Source: a virus. From it: 10,955 nucleotides of DNA. A program made the position numbers and the translations under genes. Shown one piece after another: positions 4,942-10,955 of this stretch (position 1 is its first letter; the number at the start of each line of letters is the position of its first letter). The notes beneath the pieces are model-generated. The model did no database searches. It was not told the DNA's origin and saw only the letters and a program-made list of their open reading frames with translations. The stretch is taken from UHGV virus genome UHGV-2150205. One strand, 5' to 3'.

Positions 4942-5649
4942 ATGGATTTGAATAAATTCGATGAGCCATTCAGCCCTGAAGATATCGAATGGCGAATACA
5001 GCAAAGCGGTAAAACACGCGATGGAAAGGTGTGGGCTATGGTGCTGGCTTATGTCACGAACAGGGCAATCATGAAACGCCTGGACGATGTTTGCGGCAAA
5101 GCAGGATGGCGCAATGAATACCGCGATATTCCCAACAACGGAGGCGTTGAATGCGGCATATCAATCAGGATTGATTCCGAATGGGTAACCAAATGGGATG
5201 CTGCTGAAAACACGCAGGTAGAAGCCGTAAAAGGTGGTCGTTCCGGTGCAATGAAGCGCGCTGCCGTTCAGTGGGGAATCGGTCGGTATCTGTATAACCT
5301 TGAGGAAGGTTTTGCACAAACATCTCTCGATAAAAAGCAGGGATGGCACAGGGCAAAACTCAAGGATGGAACAGGATTTTACTGGCTCCCTCCATCGCTG
5401 CCGGGATGGGCAATCCCAGCATCAGATAACAAACCATCACCAGAAAATACCAACCAGAAATCTCCATCGGTTGACTGCGAACAAATCCTGAAAGACTTCA
5501 GCGATTATGCGTCAACAGAAACTGACAAGAAAAAACTCATCGAGCGTTATCAGCGTGACTGGCAATTAATGGCTGGCAACGAGGAGGCGCAGGCTAAATG
5601 CGTTCAGGTAATGAACATCAGAGTTAACGAACTAAAACAGGCGGCATAA
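4942..5649 (+). CDS. Rad52-family single-strand annealing protein (Sak-like recombinase), 235 aa.
   Basis: Motifs typical of Rad52/Sak proteins (GKAGW...GGVECGISI and KGGRSGAMKRAAVQWGIGRYLY). It occupies the bet position in the pL operon and is followed immediately by ssb. Confidence 0.8.
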   Translation: MDLNKFDEPFSPEDIEWRIQQSGKTRDGKVWAMVLAYVTNRAIMKRLDDVCGKAGWRNEYRDIPNNGGVECGISIRIDSEWVTKWDAAENTQVEAVKGGRSGAMKRAAVQWGIGRYLYNLEEGFAQTSLDKKQGWHRAKLKDGTGFYWLPPSLPGWAIPASDNKPSPENTNQKSPSVDCEQILKDFSDYASTETDKKKLIERYQRDWQLMAGNEEAQAKCVQVMNIRVNELKQAA

Positions 5650-6165
5650 ATGGCAAGCAGAGGCGTAAATAAGGTGATCATTATTGGTCGCCTTGGGCAT
5701 GATCCAGAAATCAGATATTCACCATCAGGAACGGCATTTGCAAACCTTACCGTTGCTACGTCAGAACAATGGCGTGATAAGAAAACTGGAGAGCAAAAGG
5801 AGCAGACGGAGTGGCACCGCGTGGTAATGAGCGGGAAACTGGCAGAAATTGCCAGCGAATATCTGCGAAAAGGCTCTGAGGTTTATCTTGAAGGCAAATT
5901 GCGGACAAGAAAATGGCAGGATCAAAGCGGACAGGATCGGTTCACTACCGAAGTCATCGTGGGCGTTGGTGGAACCATGCAAATGCTTGGTGGCAAGCAA
6001 GGAGGCAATGAACAGTCTTCACCTCAGCGAAATAATGGTCAGCAACAAAGACAGCAACCTCAGCAGCAGGGAAATCACAGCGAACCACCTATGGATTTTG
6101 ACGACGATATCCCCTTTGCACCAGTAACTCTCCCCTTCCCTCGTCACGCTATTCACGCAATTTAA
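5650..6165 (+). CDS. ssb: Single-stranded DNA-binding protein, 171 aa. The OB-fold N-terminus is near-identical to E. coli SSB; the C-terminus reads DFDDDIPF followed by 15 extra residues ([15 protein letters not shown]).
   Basis: [23 protein letters not shown]...TEWHRVV...LRTRKW.DQSGQDR.TTEV matches E. coli SSB, with a Gln/Gly-rich linker and acidic tip. The start follows the upstream stop directly. Confidence 0.95.
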   Translation: MASRGVNKVIIIGRLGHDPEIRYSPSGTAFANLTVATSEQWRDKKTGEQKEQTEWHRVVMSGKLAEIASEYLRKGSEVYLEGKLRTRKWQDQSGQDRFTTEVIVGVGGTMQMLGGKQGGNEQSSPQRNNGQQQRQQPQQQGNHSEPPMDFDDDIPFAPVTLPFPRHAIHAI

Positions 6166-6173
6166 GGACTTAC

Positions 6174-6722
6174 ATGAATCACTTGATGGTTGACCTTGAA
6201 ACAATGGGCAACGGGCCATACGCGCCAGTTATTTCTATTGGGGCGGTATTCTTTGACCCGAATACCGGAGAAACAGGAGAAGAGTTCTCGGTAAATATCT
6301 CGCTTGAGTCATCAATGCGATATCGGGCGCGTCCTGACGCTTCAACGATTTTATGGTGGCTGGAACAGAGTGAAGAAGCCAGAAAATCGCTAACCAGCAA
6401 CACTCAGGAGCTTTCAACGGCTCTTTCATGGTTATCTGAATTCATCATAAAGAACGCTAACCACAAATTCGTTCAGGTTTGGGGGAATGGAGCATCATTT
6501 GACTGCGTTATTCTCCGAAACAGTTATTCGCTGACAGGGCAGCCAGTTCCATGGCAGTGGTGGAATGACCGCGACGTAAGAACAATCGTCGAGCTTGGAA
6601 AGGTAATAGGATTCGACCCTAAGCGAGATATGCCATTCAAAGGAACTCGCCACAACGCTCTTGATGATGCCATTCACCAAGCCAAATACGTTTCAGCGAT
6701 CTGGAAAAAGTTAGCTAAATAA
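6174..6722 (+). CDS. DEDDh-type (DnaQ-like) 3'-5' exonuclease, 182 aa.
   Basis: Exo I-like motif VDLETMG, central motif VWGNGASFD and Exo III-like motif HNALDDAIHQA. AAGGA RBS before the ATG at 6174. Confidence 0.75.
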   Translation: MNHLMVDLETMGNGPYAPVISIGAVFFDPNTGETGEEFSVNISLESSMRYRARPDASTILWWLEQSEEARKSLTSNTQELSTALSWLSEFIIKNANHKFVQVWGNGASFDCVILRNSYSLTGQPVPWQWWNDRDVRTIVELGKVIGFDPKRDMPFKGTRHNALDDAIHQAKYVSAIWKKLAK

Positions 6723-6738
6723 TCAACAGGAGAAAACC

Positions 6739-7035
6739 ATGCCAGCGCCTCTGTATGGTGCGGATGACCCGCGCCGCTGTTCCGGCAATTCCGTATCGGA
6801 GGTGCTGGATAAATTCAGAAAAAACTACGATCGGATAATGTCGCTACCGCAGGAAACGAAAGAGGAAAAGGAATTTCGCCACTGTATATGGCTTGCAGAG
6901 AAAGAAGAACGCGAGCGAATTTACCAGACATCAATCCGACCATTCCGCAAAGCCACATATACCCACTTCCCTGAATATATCGACCCGCGCCTGCGTAATT
7001 ACCGCTCACGCTATGGCACTATCAGTAATGACTGA
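6739..7035 (+). CDS. Hypothetical protein, 98 aa.
   Basis: AGGAG RBS before the ATG at 6739; open frame in the operon. Confidence 0.6.
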   Translation: MPAPLYGADDPRRCSGNSVSEVLDKFRKNYDRIMSLPQETKEEKEFRHCIWLAEKEERERIYQTSIRPFRKATYTHFPEYIDPRLRNYRSRYGTISND

Positions 7036-7045
7036 GGAATTAACA

Positions 7046-7336
7046 ATGAAAACAATGAAGCTAAACATCGACCTCGGAAAATACGTTATTACCGGAACAA
7101 AACACGATCTGATTCTTAGCGAAAGAGGAATTATCAAAGAAGGCGAGAATGCAGGGAAAGAAACACTAAGCCGTATCGGTTATTACAGCAAGTTTGAGCA
7201 TCTGGTTAAAGAGTTATGCAACCGTGAAATCCTGTTATCTCAGGCGCAGACGCTACAGGATATTCAGCAACATATCGAGACTTTAGGTGTGTCACTTAGC
7301 ATGGCTATTGACCAGTTCGTGGAGAGTAAATCATGA
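7046..7336 (+). CDS. Hypothetical protein, 96 aa ([17 protein letters not shown]...).
   Basis: GAGGA RBS 7 nt before the ATG at 7046. The track's 6893 start would overlap the previous gene by more than 140 nt. Confidence 0.6.
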   Translation: MKTMKLNIDLGKYVITGTKHDLILSERGIIKEGENAGKETLSRIGYYSKFEHLVKELCNREILLSQAQTLQDIQQHIETLGVSLSMAIDQFVESKS

Positions 7337-7497
7337 GAGGGCTTGCATACAATCCCGGCATTCTTCCGGCAGAAATGATTATTCGCCAACGCGTAAAGCC
7401 AATGCCATCGAGAGAGGAATTGCTCAAGAGAAATTCTTTTCCATCAGTAAATCAAAACAAATATCTGAATGCGATGTGGCGGAGTGGGAAGAAATGA
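7333..7497 (+). CDS. Small ORF, 54 aa ([54 protein letters not shown]), coupled by ATGA overlaps at both ends.
   Basis: ATGA overlap with the 7046-7336 stop and a second ATGA overlap with the 7494 start. It conflicts with an alternative 222-aa reading (7287-7955). Confidence 0.4.
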   Translation: MRGLAYNPGILPAEMIIRQRVKPMPSREELLKRNSFPSVNQNKYLNAMWRSGKK

Positions 7498-7955
7498 AAC
7501 AAATGTCACTAATTGAGATGGATGGTTTTCTGAAAGGTAAATGCATCCCACGAGATTTAAAGGTTAACGAAACAAACGCTGAATATCTGGTGCGTAAATT
7601 TGCTGAATCAGAGGCCAAGTGCGCGGCACTGGCAGCGGAGAATGCGGGGCTGAAGTCTGGCGCTATGGACGAAATCAAGGTTATCAACCGTGGAGGGCAG
7701 GCATATTGCGTAAAAGATGGAGTGCAAGTTAATCCCATGTATGCAAGAGGGTGGAATGACTATCGCGCAAAGTATATACAATCAGACACCCCAGCCACCG
7801 ATGCTTTCCTGACTGAAATTGAACGCAAAGCAATCCGAAAGTTCATTAACAGCATTGAGCACATCCTGCGTGACAAGCTGTCTCCGTATGACACCGAAGA
7901 GATGCTTGAGGCTATGCGTATTTTTCTGGAAGAACAGGAAGGTGAGCAAAAATGA
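7494..7955 (+). CDS. Hypothetical protein, 153 aa, possibly Ead/Ea22-like (carries a [15 protein letters not shown] motif). The alternative start is 7287.
   Basis: ATG at 7494 with GGAG upstream. The C-terminal two-thirds is the same in either model. Confidence 0.55.
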   Translation: MKQMSLIEMDGFLKGKCIPRDLKVNETNAEYLVRKFAESEAKCAALAAENAGLKSGAMDEIKVINRGGQAYCVKDGVQVNPMYARGWNDYRAKYIQSDTPATDAFLTEIERKAIRKFINSIEHILRDKLSPYDTEEMLEAMRIFLEEQEGEQK

Positions 7956-8257
7956 CGATCACAAAACAACGTGTAGAAGAAATCATATCCCGTATTGAAA
8001 TGTATGGGCATGGTGCCGGGTATACCGCTGATGAGGTTTATGACCTTGCTGTACTGGCGCTGAATTTATCAAATATCGCAAAACTCAAGCGATACGAGCT
8101 TGATATGGATGGTTGTGACTCGTTCGGTCAGGATTGTGGCGCTGACATGACTGAAGATTCTGATGGCGATTATGTCCTGTTTGATGACGTAGTTAAGTTG
8201 TTTGAGTTTGATACATTCGAAAGCCCAGCAAAGGAGGCAACCAGTGAGCAAGATTGA
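7952..8257 (+). CDS. Hypothetical acidic protein, 101 aa.
   Basis: ATGA overlap with the upstream gene and a purine-rich RBS. Confidence 0.6.
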   Translation: MTITKQRVEEIISRIEMYGHGAGYTADEVYDLAVLALNLSNIAKLKRYELDMDGCDSFGQDCGADMTEDSDGDYVLFDDVVKLFEFDTFESPAKEATSEQD

Positions 8258-9026
8258 TTATCAGGCACTGCGTGAGTTAGCAAAACAGGCAACACAAGGA
8301 GAATGGGTTGCATTTATTTCGACGGGTACTGGTACGTATGCGGTGCATACGCCCGGTGATAAACGATGTGAAGACGTTATCAAATGGACCGGCTTTGATG
8401 GACAGAAAAATGCAGAGAACAACGCTCGTTATATCGCAGCTTTCAACCCAGAAGTAGTGCAGGCGTTGCTGGACGAGCTGGAAGGCAAAGACAAACTGAT
8501 TGCCGAGCTTGGAAAACAATGCGCCGAATGGGAGCGAAAAGCATTAAGTAACTTTGAAGAGTGTGCTGCGATGGCTGAACGTATCGAAGAGATGCAGACA
8601 AAATCTGCACCAGATTCGTTTGGCATCATCGGTGAAAATATTCGAACACAGGATAATCGAATAGCATCAGACCCTATGTTTTGTGTGTATCAAAAGCGCG
8701 AAATCGTTGTTGATGCTGATTATGACTATGACCGGATTGTCTGGGTTGATGAAGATGGCAATGAAGCCAATAAACGCCAAAGTCGTCGTCTCGAACTACT
8801 TCATGAAAACTTTCGGGAGCCACCAGAAAAATGGCGGCGCGTTGCTGTGAAAGATATTGATGAATTCGTGACCTGCTGTTTCACCGAGCAGGGTTGTAAA
8901 GACTACCTGGCAGCCAATGGTCACAATCTTCGCTTGCCTTTTATATATGTAAAAAGCGGTTTCAGAAACGCTGAATATATCGGCATCAGAAACTGGCTTG
9001 CTGGCATTCGCATCAAAGGAGAGTGA
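8244..9026 (+). CDS. Ead/Ea22-like prophage protein, about 260 aa from a GTG start (MSKIDYQALRELAKQATQGEW...).
   Basis: AAGGAGG RBS 6 nt before the GTG at 8244. The N-terminal IDYQALRELAKQATQGEW and NNARYIAAFNPEVVQALLDELE resemble Ea22-like proteins as I recall them. The track ORF starts at an upstream ATG (8202) inside the previous gene. Confidence 0.6.
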   Translation: MSKIDYQALRELAKQATQGEWVAFISTGTGTYAVHTPGDKRCEDVIKWTGFDGQKNAENNARYIAAFNPEVVQALLDELEGKDKLIAELGKQCAEWERKALSNFEECAAMAERIEEMQTKSAPDSFGIIGENIRTQDNRIASDPMFCVYQKREIVVDADYDYDRIVWVDEDGNEANKRQSRRLELLHENFREPPEKWRRVAVKDIDEFVTCCFTEQGCKDYLAANGHNLRLPFIYVKSGFRNAEYIGIRNWLAGIRIKGE

Positions 9027-9027
9027 T

Positions 9028-9237
9028 ATGGCTATCGCTGCAAGTTACACCATGCATCTCTATTGTGACTGCCTCCAGTGTACAGATGGCAAATATAAGT
9101 CGCCAGACTTCGGTGAGTATATAGGTACGTCATGGGCTGGCTGTGCAAAAGAGGCGCGCAAGGATGGCTGGCGAATAAGCAAAGACAAAACACGTACTTT
9201 TGCGCCCGGGCATAAAGTTTTGAGGATTAACACATGA
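9028..9237 (+). CDS. Small Cys-rich hypothetical protein, 69 aa (MAIAASYTMHLYCDCLQCTDGKY...).
   Basis: AGGAG RBS before the ATG at 9028. Contains a CDCLQC motif and a further Cys. Confidence 0.55.
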   Translation: MAIAASYTMHLYCDCLQCTDGKYKSPDFGEYIGTSWAGCAKEARKDGWRISKDKTRTFAPGHKVLRINT

Positions 9238-10052
9238 CCACTATTACCAAAGAACGTATTGAATTGTTCATTAAAAATCCGCTTGAAAACGGGCTTGCCC
9301 GTGGCGAACAAATGGAACTGGCGCAGATTGCACTGGCCTCACTGGCAGCAGAGCCGATGGCGTGGAAATGGCGGCTTACTAGTCTTTTTGACGGTGTGCA
9401 GATTGGCCCGTGGCGGGTGTGTCTTGCGCCACTATCACCCGGCAAGGGGGATGGGTGCAAGACAGAAGCTATTCCACTTTACACCGCCCCGCCAGTACCG
9501 TTAGTACCTGCTGCATTACCTGAGAACGACGATGAGGACGGGCATGACATTGATTATCTTGAGCCATCTGAAGTTTACGCGCTTGGGCGAACATCTGGCT
9601 GGAACGCCTGCCGCGCTGCCATGCTTCATAGTGCCGAACCTGTAAGCCAAACTTACAACTTGCCACAAACGGAGTTTGAACAGGTTGCTGACCTCTACAA
9701 AATGCAATTTGATGACGGTCGCACTTGTGCCTTTCACACTGATGCGCAAAAGGCTGCTCAATGGCTTCAGACGTGCGACGGAAACAGAGTTCAGGAATAC
9801 GTGAAGCTGGAACGGTTGCAGAATGCGCTGTCTGGCAACTATCCGGTAACTCCGGATGGTTGGATAAGCTGTAGTGAGCGAATGCCAGATGATGGTCAGC
9901 ACGTAATTATTTTATGTGATGGCGCATTCGTTCTTTATGCGCAATATCGAGACGGTGAGTTTTTTGATGTTGTCCGCAATGGTGAGGAGTTCTTCGAAAC
10001 GCAGAGCCGCAATGTAACCCACTGGATGCCGCTACCAGAACCGCCGCTCTGA
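9234..10052 (+). CDS. DUF551-domain protein, 272 aa.
   Basis: The C-terminal region (DGWISCSERMPDDGQHVIIL...FVLYAQYRDGEFF...VTHWMPLPEPP) is characteristic of phage DUF551 proteins. ATGA overlap with the upstream gene. Confidence 0.7.
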   Translation: MTTITKERIELFIKNPLENGLARGEQMELAQIALASLAAEPMAWKWRLTSLFDGVQIGPWRVCLAPLSPGKGDGCKTEAIPLYTAPPVPLVPAALPENDDEDGHDIDYLEPSEVYALGRTSGWNACRAAMLHSAEPVSQTYNLPQTEFEQVADLYKMQFDDGRTCAFHTDAQKAAQWLQTCDGNRVQEYVKLERLQNALSGNYPVTPDGWISCSERMPDDGQHVIILCDGAFVLYAQYRDGEFFDVVRNGEEFFETQSRNVTHWMPLPEPPL

Positions 10053-10073
10053 TAGCGAATCTTATACATATCT

Positions 10074-10101
10074 TTTACATCAACAATATATTGTTAATTT
10101 C
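10074..10101 (+). promoter_or_regulatory. Putative internal promoter (-35 TTTACA 10074-10079, -10 TAATTT 10096-10101) with a perfect 14-bp palindrome AACAATATATTGTT (10082-10095) in the spacer.
   Basis: The palindrome is directly visible; the hexamers were assigned by eye. It sits in an AT-rich 96-nt intergenic gap upstream of the zinc-ribbon gene. Confidence 0.35.
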
Positions 10102-10148
10102 CAATCAATGTTACGTTGTCATCTCACTCATGCTTTGGAGGTAGTGAT

Positions 10149-10328
10149 ATGTCTTGTCCAAAATGCGGTTCTGGAAATATTGCAAAAGAAAAAACAAGGC
10201 GTGGATGGTCTGGAGATTATGTGTGCAGTGATTGCGGATACAACAACTCTAAAGACGCATTTGGAATGCGCGGTAAAAACGAGTTTAGTAAAAATAATAA
10301 AGAACGCGGAAGCAACGAAAAAAGCTAA
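10149..10328 (+). CDS. Small zinc-ribbon protein, 59 aa (MSCPKCGSGNIAKEKTRRGWSGDYVCSDCGYNN...), with two CxxC pairs and a Lys/Asn-rich tail.
   Basis: GGAGG RBS 7 nt before the ATG at 10149. The gene is AT-rich and bracketed by a promoter-like element and a strong terminator. Confidence 0.6.
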   Translation: MSCPKCGSGNIAKEKTRRGWSGDYVCSDCGYNNSKDAFGMRGKNEFSKNNKERGSNEKS

Positions 10329-10393
10329 ATTATTTATTCATATATGAAAACAATGTAACCAATATTCGAATTGAAGAACTGAAAGAACACTAA

Positions 10394-10418
10394 GCCGCCT
10401 GATGGCGGTTTTTTATTG
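10394..10418 (+). terminator. Rho-independent terminator (GCCGCC-tgat-GGCGGT followed by TTTTTTATT).
   Basis: GC-rich stem followed by a T-tract immediately after the zinc-ribbon gene. Confidence 0.8.
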
Positions 10419-10428
10419 GAGACAAGAA

Positions 10429-10773
10429 ATGTCAGATTTGGCTATGAAGATTTTGAAATGGCAATCGACTGGCGATGTCGGCATCAGTAGCGCAACTCTT
10501 GCCTCAATCGCATGTGGACTGAAAAAGAATATCTATGGTCATGGCTTCGGTGCTCCACATGACGCAGCCGATTTCCGGCGATGCGTTGCACTTGTTGAGC
10601 AGATTCCAGAAATCAGAGATTCATTCGACAATGTTGCAAAGCGCGTTCCGGCATTCAAAGGCATCCTCAACGAATGGGATTCTCTCGTTGCTCTGTTGAA
10701 GTCTGAAATGAAGATACACGGAAACAAAGCACCAGAGACTTACAGAAGAATCAGCGAGCTACGCAAGGACTAA
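10429..10773 (+). CDS. Hypothetical protein, 114 aa (MSDLAMKILKWQSTGDVGISSATLASIACGL...).
   Basis: GGAG RBS before the ATG at 10429, open frame. The track ORF starts upstream inside the terminator. Confidence 0.6.
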   Translation: MSDLAMKILKWQSTGDVGISSATLASIACGLKKNIYGHGFGAPHDAADFRRCVALVEQIPEIRDSFDNVAKRVPAFKGILNEWDSLVALLKSEMKIHGNKAPETYRRISELRKD

Positions 10774-10897
10774 CCACAGTCTCACACTCGATGAGGCCTG
10801 TTCATTTCTCAAGATATCCAGACCTACCATTGCTGCATCAATGCGGCTTTTTATTGCCTGATTTGCAGGTTCGATTCCATATTCGGAGATAGCACTC

Positions 10898-10955
10898 ATG
10901 CAACACGAACTACAACCTGATTCACTGGTTGATTTGAAATTCATCATGGCCGATA
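10898..10955 (+). CDS. Start of a hypothetical gene (MQHELQPDSLVDLKFIMAD...), truncated by the window end.
   Basis: ATG with GGAG 9 nt upstream; only 19 codons are visible. Confidence 0.3.
   Translation, partial: MQHELQPDSLVDLKFIMAD

Noticed and set aside
5161-6429. Several minus-strand ORFs of 60-80 aa across the recombinase, ssb and exonuclease genes.
   Set aside because: They are antisense to strongly supported genes and are interpreted as shadow ORFs.
9516-9902. Minus-strand 128-aa ORF inside the DUF551 gene.
   Set aside because: It is antisense to a gene with a recognisable conserved C-terminal domain, has no convincing RBS, and all neighbouring genes are on the plus strand.
10759-10947. 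Minus-strand 62-aa ORF at the right end of the window.
   Set aside because: It has no RBS, is Ser/Cys-rich and low in complexity, and overlaps the end of the 10429-10773 gene. A plus-strand start at 10898 with an RBS is more plausible.
1-10955. Looked for CRISPR arrays, tRNA or tmRNA genes, integrase or att sites and IS elements.
   Set aside because: No regularly spaced direct repeats, cloverleaf-like segments, tyrosine-recombinase or transposase-like ORFs were seen in this window. Integration functions presumably lie beyond the right end.

Overview
This window is the immunity region and early-left (pL) operon of a lambdoid prophage from an enterobacterial host, read in the opposite orientation to the usual lambda map. 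Minus-strand genes at the left are a partial O-like replication initiator with ori iterons inside it, a small basic ORF, cII and cro, with nutR, a tR1-like hairpin, pRE and an oop-like antisense terminator. A three-site operator region separates cro from a plus-strand CI repressor (S24 LexA-like), which is followed 18 nt later by a three-helix membrane protein in the position of lambda rex. Downstream come OL/pL, nutL, a structured leader carrying a 39-aa hydrophobic ORF, N, AT-rich small genes, a terminator, a cIII-like gene, a recombination module (Rad52-like annealing protein, SSB, DEDDh exonuclease) and a run of translationally coupled accessory genes ending in a promoter-gene-terminator moron. 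No CRISPR array, tRNA, integrase or IS element was seen. The best candidates for undescribed biology are the repressor-linked membrane protein, the leader micro-ORF, the unknown genes between N and the terminator, the C-terminally extended SSB and the zinc-ribbon moron. All calls rest on reading the sequence and recalled family features; no searches were run.
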